Shown piece by piece: positions 35,822 to 49,052 of a DNA stretch of 64,000 bases. The stretch comes from Coniocarpon cinnabarinum (Eukaryota). The stretch is taken from positions 62,001 to 126,000 of the forward strand of contig JAVECO010000047.1 of NCBI GenBank assembly GCA_051942205.1. The letters run 5' to 3'. A program made the translations under genes and the position numbers. Under the pieces are notes generated by a model, which was not told the DNA's origin, ran no database searches, and saw only the letters and a list, made by a program, of their open reading frames with translations. Position 1 is the stretch's first letter. The number at the start of each line of letters is the position of its first letter.

Positions 35822-37551
35822 TCAAGGTGCGCCATTCGACTCAAATTGTAACTCTCTCCCTATGTTCCGTTTGTCTTTTCTACTTTGACGAACCTCGTCA
35901 TATTTCCCAACGACACTGCGCGGTAAGCAACTCCACGTGTCAGGTGCAGCGACAGCATCCTCACTTCCATCCTCAGCGCGCATACTTTCGAGAAGGTGCT
36001 AGATCAAATCAGCAAGCATGCCATTTGCCGAGAACGTCACCTGAAAGAAGCATACCTCTACCTCCCTGATAGTGTTATTATTGCTTGTCACGGTAGTCCA
36101 CCTGTATCACTGAATCAGCTTAGGTTCTTGCTTCACGAGAGACGTCAAGAAGCTCACCCAGTGCGCCACCCAAATCCAAAAACACTTCCATTAATTTTGC
36201 TCAACTTGCCACAAACAGCCACAAGTAACCTTTCAGAAATGTGCGATCTCGGTACAGCATCCACGGGCACGACATCATCTCTGAAAACCTCAATCGATAT
36301 CAGCAAATCAGCAGGGACGTCATAATCCGACAACTGCTGCAATGACTTCCTCGCTTCCTCCTCTTTACAGCAATCTAACAACACAGTACACCGTTTCTTC
36401 TCGTTCTCATTCCCGATCGTCTCGACAATGACGCGACATTGCGCCGCCGCCTTCTCAGTCGTTACGAGCCGTCGACCTTTCAAAACCGGATAGAGTATGT
36501 TCGGCAGTAGCGCTTCTTCGCTTTCGAATTTGAGCTGCTCGAGGAGCATGGCGTTGAACCATGACTCCGGTTTTAGATTCGAGACGTGTGAGATATCGGA
36601 AATTAGACTGATGAGGATGGTGCAGTCGATGTTTAGAGTGGTACTTAGTCGGGCCATAGGGTTCACAGGCATGGCGTCCAGGACATCTTCGAGATTTGGT
36701 TCGTGAGAGGGATATTCAGGGGAGAGAGTCAGGGTGCAGCCGAGTTTGGTCATTTGGTGGAGGAGGAGATCTATTTCGCTGGAGTCGCCTTTTGAGATTC
36801 GAGGAAGGATGAGTCGGACTTGGGGGATGCGTCCGCGGACGCGATTTGCTTTCGCTGCTGCTACGAGGTCTCGTGCACTTCTCAGTAGTGGAATTTCCGG
36901 AACATCACGCTCGATATCTCCCGTGCTACCGTCGCGACCATTTGGCGTGCTCGTCTCAGTCTTCTGATCCTCGTTCTCAGCGTCACTCCCCTCAAGCCCC
37001 TCACCGAATCGTCCCCAGCCCTCTTTCGCGCAATCATACAGGATCCGCTTCGGCGTGATACTACTGACTTTGATCCAGACCTCTCCATCTTCGGCCACAA
37101 TATCAACGAGCGCCTTCTGAGCGCGCTTGAGCTTGTTTTCTGTCCTTCGACCCGATGCCGAAGGATTGATGCGGAACCATTGACGGAAGGCCGTGATGCC
37201 TTGACTTGACTTTGCTGTTCTCCAGATGAGCGCATAAGACGGTAGGTTAGAAGTCCGCAGGGCTGCGGCAGTATTCCCACTTAAGGGTTTGTGCTCCCCG
37301 ATATTATCAATGCCGTTATTTGGAGTGGTGTCAGGGTTAGTATTTGACGAGGCAACTTTTTCGAGATGTGTGATTTCGGAGCGTATACCGCCTTCGAAAT
37401 CACGCATGGGAATGGAACGTTGTCTATACGGTCGTTTTGACGCATGTTCTTTGAATCTGGTGAGTTCGTCGAGAAGTCCTCGAGCGCGAGTGAGGAGGGA
37501 TTCCAAAGATGGCAGGTCTGATGGCGCACCAGAGCCGCTTTCCGATCCCAT
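35822..37551 (-). CDS. DUF1308 (UPF0415/C7orf25-like) protein, 3 exons
   Basis: Motifs TSNLPSY, VDIVAEDGEVWIKVSS and LNIDCTILISLISDISH, then SVFGFGW|WTTVTSN..PRSVVGK. TGA at 35822. Confidence 0.8.
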
Positions 37552-37786
37552 AGCAGATACAATCACCTTATGAAGCTTCACACTCGTCTTGATCTTATAA
37601 CGTACTCAATAAAAGGTGGGTAAAACATATTTGTAGTTAAACATCGTCTCGACCACCATCCCAAACAGGCAACACACCGCCAAGAAATCGCTTCACCTTC
37701 CCACGAGCTTCAAAAATTCCACAGTAAGCACATCCCAAACCATCACTACAACACTGTCCGTTCCACCGCAAACGAACGAGTGGAAA

Positions 37787-38497
37787 ATGGTCTACCTGTC
37801 TACCTCCCAATCCTGGCTCCACGAATCCCAACTCCTCCTCCAAGCCCACCCAGTCACAGCCCGCGTCACCACAAAGTATACACCGAATCCACTCCCTAAA
37901 AAGCGGCGTCCGAACCCTCGAAAGCGGAAGCGGGGTCAAGAACCCAACCCCGATCAAAGCACTACTGAGCAAGGAGGCAGTGCGCGAGATGCTGGCAAGA
38001 AGGGGGAAGAGAGTGACGGGGAGGCACCGCCGCCGGGGACTCTCACCATGAAGACATATGACCCCGTTTCCGGCGTGTGTCTGAAATATAGGACGGTGAA
38101 ACAGCAGGAAGTCGGGCGGTTGATAGGAGTGGGAGGGTTGGCGAGTATTACGCAGGTCATGGTTGGGAATACGTCGTCGGATCCCACTGCATCCACGTCC
38201 ACATCAACGTCAGCAGATGTCAAACCGAGCGCGAAAACGAATACACTGCCGTTGCGAAGAGCGGCTGATGGCGCTGAAGCGGACACGGAAGGTGGGATGG
38301 ACGATGAAGGCGGTGCGACGGAGAGTGCAGTTTTAGATGGAGAGGGGAAGGTGGAGGGCAAGGAGGGTCATCGGAAGAAGAAGAGTGTGAGTTTTGCGGC
38401 GGAGGTGGAGGTTCGCAAACCTAATATGCAGGCGAGATCGGGTGGTGGCGGTGGTGGGAGTGGCGGTGGAGGGAAGAAGAAAAAGAAGAAGAGGTGA
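37787..38497 (+). CDS. SRP21: Signal recognition particle subunit SRP9/SRP21
   Basis: MVYLSTSQSWLHESQLLLQAHP..RVTTKY, LTMKTYDPVSGVCLKYRT..EVGRLI, and a Gly/Lys tail GGGKKKKKKR. Confidence 0.88.
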   Translation: MVYLSTSQSWLHESQLLLQAHPVTARVTTKYTPNPLPKKRRPNPRKRKRGQEPNPDQSTTEQGGSARDAGKKGEESDGEAPPPGTLTMKTYDPVSGVCLKYRTVKQQEVGRLIGVGGLASITQVMVGNTSSDPTASTSTSTSADVKPSAKTNTLPLRRAADGAEADTEGGMDDEGGATESAVLDGEGKVEGKEGHRKKKSVSFAAEVEVRKPNMQARSGGGGGGSGGGGKKKKKKR

Positions 38498-38817
38498 TGT
38501 TATAGTCGTGAAGGGTTTTGAATACATAGAGACATGGTTCATGGACTTTCTAACGGTACACAGGCAGTCAATAAGACACATCAAGACAGCCACATGTGGG
38601 CGAATATTTGAAATGGTCAAATTACTAATACCCATGCATATAAACATATCATTAAATAGCCTGGCGTCCGTACACACGTTGAAGCATCTTAGCGACCATC
38701 ACTGCCATACGCTAGCCCTTCCTCGACGGTCTCATAGCCATCCGAGCCCTTGACATAAGGTGGTCTATAAAAAGTCAGTATTCCCATCGCAAAGACCGAG
38801 CCATTAAAAAACCACAC

Positions 38818-39651
38818 CTACTTCAAGAAATTCCTGAACCCGACAATGCCCGCAGAGCCAGCGGCAAAGATACCCAGCATCGTGGGCCAATTCGTGCCCC
38901 TCGCCATCGGGTATGCGCTCTGTCCAATCGCCAACGCAATGAGGTCGTACACCAAGCAGCCACCAAAGATCCAATCACTGAGTGCGCTTCCCACACCAAA
39001 GCCCACACCCGTCAAGACCTTCAAAAGCCACGTCGGCGGCTGATCGACTGCATACGCCACCGAAGTATTATGCAAAATATCGAGCACGCCAATTCCAGCA
39101 AACGTCTTGGACACGATATGCGTCAACACGCTACTTGTCGAACTAGTATCCATCTTCCCTAGGCGCGCCGTCATGTAATACAGCTGCGTAAGCGTATTCA
39201 CGACCACAAAGACATTCGCCATCTTGAGGTTTTCGGCGTTCCAGAAGAACATCCATGTCCCGATGCAGACGTTACCGAGGGCGTAGTACGGCACGAAGTC
39301 GACAATCTGGTCAATTTCCTGTTTGGATTTCTGGGACGCGGAGGGGTTCAGACGCCAGAGACGGTAAAGCCACGCGAGTTGGAAGAGCTGTTGTGGAGCG
39401 AAGAAGCCAGCGATCATGAAGGGCTGGGGGGAGAAGAAGGAGAGGTTTTGGTCGTGGATGGTTTTCATGTTGGGGGTGGAGAGCATCTAGACATTCTGGT
39501 TAGCACGAGCATCCCGTCGTGACACAAGGCATGTCCGTTAATTCGGAAAAGGCTGCTGGCTGGGAAGACTTACGCCATATTGCTGTGCGGCAAAGTCGTA
39601 GATGAAGGAGATGGGTGCCAGGTATTTGGCGGTGCTGTACGAGACGCCCAT
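38818..39651 (-). CDS. Conserved-looking fungal multi-pass membrane protein (2 exons)
   Basis: Exon 1 MGVSYSTAKYLAPISFIYDFAAQQYG, then a GTAAGT..GCTAAC..TAG intron into a 222-aa exon with ~6 hydrophobic helices. Confidence 0.75.
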
Positions 39652-40290
39652 TGTGTCAGTCGGTGCGTGACAAGGATGAGGTTGCGATCGAGACTGGTCA
39701 CTTTAAGATCGAAATAAACTGTGGCCGTGGGGGAGGAAGAAGCAACTCGTAAAAAGCCTTCTACAAGAGAAGAGCCAGGTCTTGTAGAATTCCTTGAATG
39801 CGCGTCACACGCGGTCGGAGAGATCCTTCCTCCGCAAACGCACCGACTGTGATGTCACAGATCTCGAAACGATCGCGCGACGGCCGGTACGCGCTAGTTC
39901 GTTTTGGGCGCCGATTCCCTCTATCTACGAGATGTTCGCCGTGATATAAGAACGCAACAAGGAGCAAAGACCTGTCGAAGAAATATGCGAAAATCTCTGC
40001 TGAGTAACTGTTCGTTTGTCCATCAAAATGCAGATTATCTGTTATATCAACGCAACTGACTGGGGGCGGGACGATTATCAACATCGAGGTGAGCGTGAAA
40101 ACGTGCAGTATGCCTGGAGATCTCATAAATAAAGAAGCGCGCAATCACCAATCATTTCGGCTCCAACATTCCAATGGAGATTCAGAATTGTTCCAAAGCG
40201 TCGCATTCAAGGCTCCAACGTGATGCACAACCGTCATTCTTGAATATATCTGTTGTTCGAATATTGCTATTCAGTGTTAGCATAGGGATC

Positions 40291-42033
40291 TCAAAAGAAC
40301 TCCGATGTACGACTTACTTGTTCCTCTTGCGCAGTCTCAATCTCCGCCTTGAAAGTTTTCAATAGTCCTTTGACCACACCGGTGTCGCGCATTAAGTCGA
40401 CAATCTTGTTGGCAGCTTTGGTGCGCTTGGACGTCGTCATGCGATCTCGCTTCACAATGGCGCTGCTTGTAAGGTAATTGTTCTCGGTGAGCCAATCCAC
40501 CACCCAGTCGTACAAGTGTCGCTGCCAGTGTGCCAGGGCATGAGCTGTGCGAGCGTTTGCAGCACAGTGTTTGCCGACGTAGAAAACGGTCTCCTCAGCA
40601 GGCAGCTCAAAGTCACGCGTGTCCGCTTCTTCGTCGTCAGAAACATCCTCCAGAGTATCCTTACTGTAGGGCGAATCCTTGAACTGGAACTCAAACGTGG
40701 CCGGATGATTTGTGCGATTGCAAGCGTCACAGGTGTTGTGTTCAAGACCGTCGTTCCTAAAGCGTCTCTCCTCCAGCGTTGGTCGGGCTCGTAATGCACG
40801 CGAAAAAGGACCAACCCAGACTGAAGAGTGAAATTTGGAGCTGCCCATGCCCATCGCGAAGTCTCCAAGCTTGCGAAACGCCAGAGAATAGACCGGATCA
40901 TCAATATCAAAGCCCGGGTTTAACCGCTTTTGTACCATCCACTCCACCGCATACGGAAACAACTCTGACCATCCTGCCGACGAAAGACGCCATTCAAGAG
41001 GTATAGCGGATGCGCCAGACTGGTGCTCGTTATCCTGCTCGATGAAATCATCGTTCTCGCCTTCATCGTAGTAGCCTTCTTCCTGCTCTTCGGCATCGGC
41101 GTACATTGGCTCTTCGACGTCTGAAGTTTCGTCTTCGTCGTCACTGATGACGCGAGCGGCTCTTTTACCTGTGTGCTTCTGTTGTTGTTTCTCGCGATTC
41201 TTCTTGTATGCATCCAAGGCGCTTTTGCGAGCGGAGCTCTGCGTTGGCTTGACCGCTGGTGGAGGACTGCTTGAGCGGAGGTCTTCCACGTCATCGTCAA
41301 GATCTTGCTGATCTTGTCTGCTCAGTTTCTTGGACTTCGATGGAGTGATAGGAATGTCGTCATCTTCTAAGTCATCAACCATATCGTGCGGCATAAGACT
41401 CTGTCGTCGGCGACGTGGAGTTGCTGTCACAATATCAGGGTCTGAATCTGAAGCAGAGCCTTCGCCGATCGTTGGTGTATCCTCGGCATACGCCCGTGAC
41501 ATCGACAGTGTGGGGGTGTCATCGTCCTCTGACCCACTGGAAGTGGCCCGAGCTGTCTTCAGACTACGGTTGGCATTCCTCTCCTCTCGCTCCTCAGTAT
41601 GAGCTGGTCGTGGGGATACCGAGAGAGATGGTGACTCCGATTCGGAGTCATTGTATGTATCTAGTAGTTTGTCGAACGAGGAAGGGGGGGCATCCAATGA
41701 AGAACGCGGCTTGTTGCGATCATCGTCGATAGCGTTCTTTTTGACGTTGCCCCTGCTCAGGAAGGATCTCGTCTGTCGTGGTGGTACTGTCGTTTCCCGC
41801 TTCACATTCTCCTCATCATTCTGCAGGTCAGGTTGTGATGATGCCTCCGGGGTCGGCAGAGGAGCGTCCTGAATTTTTGCTCGTTTCCGTGGGCGGGGAG
41901 AGTCCAAAATTGTCACAGCTGCAGCTCGGCTGCGTGTCGCAACCGGATGAGCAGACTTGGCAGGTGATGAGTCGAGCAATGGAGTGAAGCCAAGCTGGGT
42001 CTGCTGCTTTTTGCGTGATCTTGTCGCAGGCAT
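40291..42033 (-). CDS. DUF4211 (CCDC82-like) domain protein
   Basis: Disordered acidic/basic N-terminus. C-terminal AVEWMVQKRLNPGF..SSKFHSSVW..RALRARP..CDACNR..FYVGKHC..HALAHW. Confidence 0.8.
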   Translation of the reverse strand: MPATRSRKKQQTQLGFTPLLDSSPAKSAHPVATRSRAAAVTILDSPRPRKRAKIQDAPLPTPEASSQPDLQNDEENVKRETTVPPRQTRSFLSRGNVKKNAIDDDRNKPRSSLDAPPSSFDKLLDTYNDSESESPSLSVSPRPAHTEEREERNANRSLKTARATSSGSEDDDTPTLSMSRAYAEDTPTIGEGSASDSDPDIVTATPRRRRQSLMPHDMVDDLEDDDIPITPSKSKKLSRQDQQDLDDDVEDLRSSSPPPAVKPTQSSARKSALDAYKKNREKQQQKHTGKRAARVISDDEDETSDVEEPMYADAEEQEEGYYDEGENDDFIEQDNEHQSGASAIPLEWRLSSAGWSELFPYAVEWMVQKRLNPGFDIDDPVYSLAFRKLGDFAMGMGSSKFHSSVWVGPFSRALRARPTLEERRFRNDGLEHNTCDACNRTNHPATFEFQFKDSPYSKDTLEDVSDDEEADTRDFELPAEETVFYVGKHCAANARTAHALAHWQRHLYDWVVDWLTENNYLTSSAIVKRDRMTTSKRTKAANKIVDLMRDTGVVKGLLKTFKAEIETAQEEQVSRTSEFF

Positions 42034-43679
42034 CTCGTGTTGAGAATGAAACGAGATTGAAGATCGCAATGTCAACGAAAGCTAGGAAGTCTTGGCGCTT
42101 GCGATGAGGCAAACAAGCGTTGAGCGTTAGTGGCGCGAAAGCACGTGACAGAGCTCGAAGAGAGAGTGATGACGACACCCTGCGATCGAAAAGTCCTGAT
42201 TCCCTCTGCGCTAGACTGGAAAGAAGCAGGCTTGCACGATCGCTGCCGCGCCGTGCAAAAAGCTCAGGAGTATCTCATAACGGTCAAAACGGCTTTGACA
42301 TGGAGTAGCGACAAACGTGCAGCGCGTTGACACCAAGGAATAGCATTCAGGCACCCACAGACAAGACGAATACTGCAGTTTACAGATGTCTCGCGTGCTA
42401 AACGGCCCAGACAAGAAGTCTGGTAAGATGCAAGTATGCTTAATGCTGGTCCCTGGAATTAAACCTTCTTCGGTACACCAGCAGAGACCTCTGAGACCAA
42501 GCCAGGAAGCGCGGCTGTCCTTGGCGTGTGCCTCGGAACTATAGATCGCATCTGACGCTTAAAGTGGTAGGAGGATGCCAACAGGTGATCACACTTCTGC
42601 CTATAGAACGTGCTTTGCAGACTTTTCCGTAGCAGTACCAGATCTGAATTGCCGCGCCGTCGGCGTCGATGCTGTCAAGCGCGGGCCTTGCAGTGGCACC
42701 GATTGAAGGACGAGGATCGAGCACACAGAGCTCGTCAGCGAAACGAAATTTGTCATGTCCCAATGTGGACGAGCTCGGGTAGAGCCGTGCACGCCGTGTC
42801 TGGAGCAGGAGATGACATGGCCGGGCATCGAATGATGTTGCACTATTGCGGCTCCACCTCGGTCGTCGGTGGATGCAATTTCAATTTTCAAAGCTTCTGG
42901 CCAGGGACGTCATGGTGAAGAGGGCGCGCAGCGGGTTGCACCGCCACGGCTAGCTGCGACTAGAGTGTGGCGAGAGGCTAGAATGTCTAAGGCGACGGAA
43001 GAGAGTGCTGGATGCAGACAAGGGAGCAGGCCCACCGTTCCCGCCAGGAGGCGTCTGAGACGCAGAAGGAGAGGCCCAGTCTCAGCGGGGGGGCAAGGCG
43101 AGACGGATCGAGCGAGCGAGGGAGAGAGAGTTTGAGAAGGGAATGGGCGAGCAGTCGGTAGGTGAAAGGCTTTCACTGGCCTCCCCCTGCTCTTTGCGCC
43201 GCGTTCGATCGCGATTGCCCGACAACGTCATGGATGCAGCGCCGCAAATTGTGGCACTCCGAAACGCGTGCACCCCACCGTGGCAGCTGTCAGGCGAGGC
43301 CCGTGTGGGGAAGTTCACAAGCCAAATGAGCACCGTCGCGCCAGTGCTCGCCATTGCCCAGTTAACGACCACTCGCTTCGCCAGTTCCAAGAGCACCAAC
43401 CACCAAGCCTTGCTTGCTTGTTTTATCTTCGCCCATTCTCCCTCCTTGCTCCTTCTCTCTCTCTCTCCCCTCCATCCCCCAGTCTGCTGCTCCCTGCGCA
43501 CGTACACACTTCCCTCCTAATCATCTCCCACGCCACACCGCTCCGTCCTTCTTCTTCTTCTTCTTACTTTGCATAATCATTTTGTGATACCCCTTTGCTT
43601 CAAGCACAGTTCCCGCAGCCTCACTCTATTTCTTCTCCAATATACCATTTCCCCCTGCGATTGACCATTGTCTGACACC

Positions 43680-46596
43680 ATGTCGTCCAACGTCAATCGT
43701 CCCACCAACACCAAGATAAAGGAGCAAGATGTTAACCAGAAGCTCCAGCTCTATGGCATCTATGCTGGTATGTTCTTTGAAAAACTGGCTGCCTCTCTCA
43801 TCTGGCGTTCCCAGCTGCTTTTGAGACTTGCGGCACGGTCGACCCTGAAGAATGATCGCGAGCTAATCGAGTCGCGTAACAGCTTTTGCGCTTGGCAAGG
43901 TGCCATCGGTGAGTTTCACAAGCCCACGGAAGTCTCGCAAAGGCTTTTCTGACTCTTTTGTGCGCAGAACAAGCAAGTCGACGTCGCCATGAACAGCGCC
44001 CTCGCCTCCCGTCCGCTTGCAAAGCCATCTGCAAAGCTTTCTCAAGACGGCCAGCTCCTGGTTTCTGACCTACGAGATGTCATTGAAAAGGCTAAACTTC
44101 TACTCTTGACGAAGAATGAAGGCAATTTGATTCAGGACTTCATTTACCAATGCACTAAAGCCACGACCGGTGATGCCAAGGCCCCCATGGCCCCTGTCGA
44201 TAAGGAAACCGCTCAACAGCACGGAAATGAGGCTCTTGAAGGCTTCCGCACCCTCGGCCAGCTTTTGATCTCCAATGGCCAATTTCGCAAGTTGCGTGAG
44301 TGGTGCTGCATATTTGGTGCCCAGTTGGCATATCTACTAACGCCTCATAGTGAGTGATGCGCTCATTCTTCTTCGCGACATTGCTGGCGACTCTGCGCAG
44401 AACGCCGCCAACGTGTTCCGCCCTAGTGAGGATCAATTGAACCAGATAGACCACGCCGCTGAAGACAACACTTGGCATGATGTGCCCAAGATGGATGATC
44501 TCAAGTCCCAGGCGCGGGATAGATATGCCCAGAACAAGCCTTTCGGTCGTTCAGATGCAAAAGATGCCGTCGACACTGCGCAGACTGCCGATGGTCAGGT
44601 TGCAACTGAGGGACTGAAGAACAAGGTTCCTGAGAACCAGAGGCAGACAGCTCGCGAAACATGGAACAAGTCCAGGAACTACATGGACAAGAAGATGCCC
44701 AAAGAGCGACGTGAACAGACGATCTGGCGTCTCAAGAAGATGATTGTCGAAATCCAAGGTCATCAAGATTGTAAGCCTTTATACCTAAGTTCCAAAATTT
44801 GTCTGACTCTTCTCAACGCTGACACGATTCTGCAGACCAGCGTGCTATCGACACTCTACTTCGTCTTGCGGAGACTTACCAAGGCCACGCTGGCACTGTG
44901 TCCGGCCAAGGCAGAGATTCAGTGAAAGGTGCACATACTGATGATGGTCTTAAGAATGCTGAAGCTGACTTGAAGGTGCGATTCTCTTATAGGCCTTGCC
45001 AACTCTTGGCGCCCAATGCTGACCGATTTAAAGGTCCTCATTGAGCGTTTCGCAAACAGCACATCTAGTGATGATTGGTTCGACTCAATCAACCAGATCT
45101 ACCGGGACGCTAATCAGGATCCTGAGCTCCGTGGCTGGTTCAAACACTTGGACACATACATCCGCCGCTGTCTGAAGGAGCAGGGCTATGTCATGCAAGA
45201 TGATGCAAACGTCGAGTGGAACAAACTTTACGATCAGGGCAATTTCCTCTTGCGCGAACGCTACCGCAATCACACTGACCGCGTGGTCGATGAGACCAAG
45301 TTTTTGGCAGACCAATTCGATGCTGACCCGCAGAACAAGGCCTTTGCCGAGTCGATGAACAAGCTTTTCAATGATCTCGGTCATGATGAGAATGGTAAGC
45401 CGGCGTTCAAGAAGCACTTGCTCAAGGACTTGAGCGAGGTCATCATTCCCGCGTTCTTCGAGCACGTCCGCTACGTACCAATCCCGCGCGTTGAATACTC
45501 TGACCAGATGGCGGACGCGGTCATTGAGAATCTCATCATCGAAGGCGACAACCTCGCACCCAATGCTGTTGAGTTCAGCAGTGACAACTACTTCTACTGG
45601 GCGCGCAAGGGGGCTAAGAATCAGAACAAGAACAAGGTCATGCTGTCTGTGTCAGGCATCCAAATGGATCTCAGGGGTACGTGTATCCTGCCGCCTCGTT
45701 TTGAAATCAAGGCAATTCATGCTGATCTCAATAGATGTGAGCTACTACATCAAGAAGAAGCAAGGCTTCCCCTCCATTACGGACACCGGTGTGATGGATA
45801 TTTTCCTTGGTGGCAGTGGACTGAGTTTTAAGGCCGCACTCGAGACAGCGGACAAGAACGACAAGAACCACTTCTTCAAAGTCAACAATGTCACAGTCGA
45901 CGTGAAGAACATGAACATCAAGCTCAAGAAGTCCAAGTACAAGGTCCTGTTTGGCCTCGTCAAGCCATTGCTTTTCCGTGTCATGCGTCCTGTCCTCCAG
46001 AAGGTCATCTCGGCTCAAATCAAAAACCAGATCAACCAGCTCGACTCTGTTGCGCATGAAATTTATCTTGACGCCAAGAGAGCCGAGAAGGCTGCACAGA
46101 ATGATCCTGAAGACACAACCAGCTCCTACCAGCGCTACTGGCAGGCTATGCAGAAGAGGATGACTCAGAACAAGGAGAAGAAGGAGGCTCAGCCCAAGTC
46201 CGATGACAAGAAAGCCAACATGGCCATGACGGCGCACGACTCCATCTTCAAGGACATCAAGCTTGAGAGTGGCATCTCCTCAAAGGCCACTGAATACAAG
46301 GACCTTGCGACGCGCGGAGAGAAGTGGGAGTCCCCAGTGTTTGGCATTGGCTCCGCAAAAGAGACTTCAAACTTGCCTCGCGTCCAGGAGGTTACCCGCA
46401 AGCCCCACAACGTGACAGCGAGCCAGCTCCGCGAAAAGTCTGAGGGGTCATACGGTCAAGCCAATGGTACATACTGAGCTCGGGGTTGATGTGTAAGACT
46501 GAACTAATCAATTGATGTAATATAGGCACCTACCCGAACACCTATTCGAGCACGGCTCTCGGCTCTCAAAACCCTGTCCTCCAAGGATCCGCTTAA
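43680..46596 (+). CDS. HAM1-like / DUF4449 (BPI-like) protein, multi-exon
   Basis: MSSNVNRPTN..DVNQKLQLYGI|AFALGKVPS|NKQVDVAMNS, RTLGQLLISNGQFRKL, RLKKMIVEIQGH, VRYVPIPRVEYSD and DVSYYIKKKQGFPSITDTG. Seven canonical introns; TAA at 46594-46596. Confidence 0.85.
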
Positions 46597-47239
46597 CCTG
46601 ACGACTACCCAATGAGGATCAAGCAATTCATTAGATACCCCTTTTGATTCGGAATGTATCCCTTTGTTTGTTGGATAGGAGCATCGTCGGCAAAGGGTAA
46701 AACAGCGGGATTGGGAGGCCTGGCTTGCAAATGTTTTGTGATACCACTCCGCGCTCGCATGGCTTCGAGATGTTGTGTCTTCGCGCAATGGCTTGCGTGG
46801 GCCGTGACTTTTGTTGGGCATGGATCGTGCAACGGTCGTTTCTTAGGACGCTTCGGTAAAATAACTATGCTGTTGTAATGGGCAAGGGAAGACGTTTCAT
46901 AGCCTCTCAATCCTACTTCTTGGCTTCTTCATCAGCCTTTACATTAGCGATCTTTTGTAACACCTTTATCAGAGATCGTCCGACGGTAATAGCGTGCGGC
47001 ACAGGTAGATTTACGATGTACCCGTTGTAAAGGGTAGCCACAGGAATGAATAGCCGCATAGATCGGCAGGGTCAAGATCTGTGCGACCTAATCTTGCCAC
47101 CCACGCTCTGCATTGTGGGTTCTTACCCGCTTTTGTATTAATGATGCTGCTATTTGTCTTTGAGAAGCAAGGCTCAGAAACGCGAACACAGACCCATTCG
47201 CGGTAACGCCTCCTGATCACAGGTCTCACTAAGCTACAC

Positions 47240-48730
47240 ATGATGTCGACATGTCCGCGCTGCTTTTTCCGTGCAACTCGCAGGTCTACTACGGATACTT
47301 TCACGCCGCATATTGGCACCTCAAACGTATGCCGCTTTCTAACCACAGCACAGCCTCCAGCCGATGAAAGCCATGACCAGACTTGCCTCACATTGGCACG
47401 CAGATGGAATGCGAGAGCATCGTGGCTCCCTTCAGGCCGCCGTCACGTGATGTCACTCGGTACTGCACCCCGCCGTCGGTATGCTACAGAGTCCTCAAGA
47501 CCCGCTCAAACCTCAAGAATTGCGTATCTTTCGCATCGTAGACTACTTATTGTCCACGGCCACGATGCTGCTCATTTCTTGCAGGGACTAACGACCAACA
47601 ACGTGCCTACAACATGGGCTTCGTCTGGAAGAGACGGTTTCTACTCGGCTTTCCTGAATGCCCAGGGTCGGTTGCTCCATGATGTATTCATTTACCCAGC
47701 GAGCGCCTGCAGCTTCTATCGGGATGCATTACTACCCGAGAATGTCAAGGCTCAGAAGGGCGAGGATGAACCTGGATTCATAATTGAGGCCGATGCGGAC
47801 GGCGTTCAGGACTTGTACAAGCATCTTCGCCGCTATAAGTTACGAGCGAAGGTGAACATTTGGATACTTGAACCTGCACAGGCTACCATAATGGCTGCAT
47901 TCAGATCAAACCTCCACGGTGGACATGGCAGTCCCCTACCTCGCGAGGACAGAGCCCTGCGCTGTATTGACAACCGAAATCCTGGCTTTGGCACCCGTGT
48001 GATCATGCAGCCGGGTAGTACCTACGAGGAAGCACTCAAAAGCGGTATGGACGTGGCGGCACTAACCGAATACCATCGCGCAAGACACCGGGCCGGCATA
48101 CCAGAGGGACAGAAGTCAACGGGTGGTGAACTCCCGTATGCCAATAGCTTACCACATGAGACAAATATTGACCTCATGGGAGGCATAGATTTCCGCAAGG
48201 GATGCTATGTGGGCCAAGAGCTGACCATCCGGACGCAACACAAAGGTGTCGTCCGAAAGCGTTTGCTTCCTGTGTCCTTGTACTCAACCCCGAGCGGCCA
48301 TGAGGCTGGAATGGTGCGGAAAGTTCAGGAATGGACCGGCTCTGGAGCTTCTGTTGACATTATTCCCAAGGGCCGACGTGGCCGCCCTGCTGGTCGCTGG
48401 ATAACCGGAGTACCAAATGATCAGCTGGTCGAGTCAAAGTCTGCTGGAGGCAACACTGGAGAGACTGGGCTAGCCATGTGTCGTTTGGAGACGATGACAG
48501 ATGTCGTCGTCGAAGCGGGTGGCGACGGTGGCGGCGTCAAATTCAAGGAAGGTGATGAGTTTGTATTGCGGCCCAAGTGGGAGGACGGTAAGATTGGAGA
48601 AGATATAGAAATAGGTGTAAAGGCACATGTTCCAGCTTTCATACGCGATGGTATTGAAAACAGGACTAGAAGAGGTGGCTCAGACCGAGCGGTGGACAGC
48701 GAAGCCGGACGTTTGGAGGCGGTCGGGTGA
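47240..48730 (+). CDS. IBA57: Mitochondrial Fe-S maturation factor IBA57/CAF17 (YgfZ/GcvT family)
   Basis: Arg-rich presequence, GHDAAHFLQGLTTN, FLNAQGRLLHDVFIY, HLRRYKLRAKV and signature KGCYVGQELT. Confidence 0.93.
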   Translation: MMSTCPRCFFRATRRSTTDTFTPHIGTSNVCRFLTTAQPPADESHDQTCLTLARRWNARASWLPSGRRHVMSLGTAPRRRYATESSRPAQTSRIAYLSHRRLLIVHGHDAAHFLQGLTTNNVPTTWASSGRDGFYSAFLNAQGRLLHDVFIYPASACSFYRDALLPENVKAQKGEDEPGFIIEADADGVQDLYKHLRRYKLRAKVNIWILEPAQATIMAAFRSNLHGGHGSPLPREDRALRCIDNRNPGFGTRVIMQPGSTYEEALKSGMDVAALTEYHRARHRAGIPEGQKSTGGELPYANSLPHETNIDLMGGIDFRKGCYVGQELTIRTQHKGVVRKRLLPVSLYSTPSGHEAGMVRKVQEWTGSGASVDIIPKGRRGRPAGRWITGVPNDQLVESKSAGGNTGETGLAMCRLETMTDVVVEAGGDGGGVKFKEGDEFVLRPKWEDGKIGEDIEIGVKAHVPAFIRDGIENRTRRGGSDRAVDSEAGRLEAVG

Positions 48731-49052
48731 AGTGAAAGCAATGCTCGGAAGCGACAAGCAATGACAGGACTACTGCCGTAAGATGTTGTTTGGCTTGGCG
48801 GAAATCTCAGCTTATGACGACCCTTCATTGCCACATCTTGAGGCTACACAAGCGCTCCTGACTGAGCATACGGTCACGTGCAATTTGGTCGCTCTTTCAA
48901 TACCAGAATCCAGGTCGCAACTTCCTATCAATTGATCAACAAACAACATTCAGCATTGTTGAATACAGCTCAGACTTGGCGCACGAAACTCACTTTCCAA
49001 CAACTTGCTTCACTTATTAAAGACAAGCATTACTTACTCTATTCTCCAAAAA

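Noticed and set aside
43420..43580. CT-rich tracts
   Set aside because: Ordinary pyrimidine-rich fungal core promoter/5' UTR of the HAM1-like gene.
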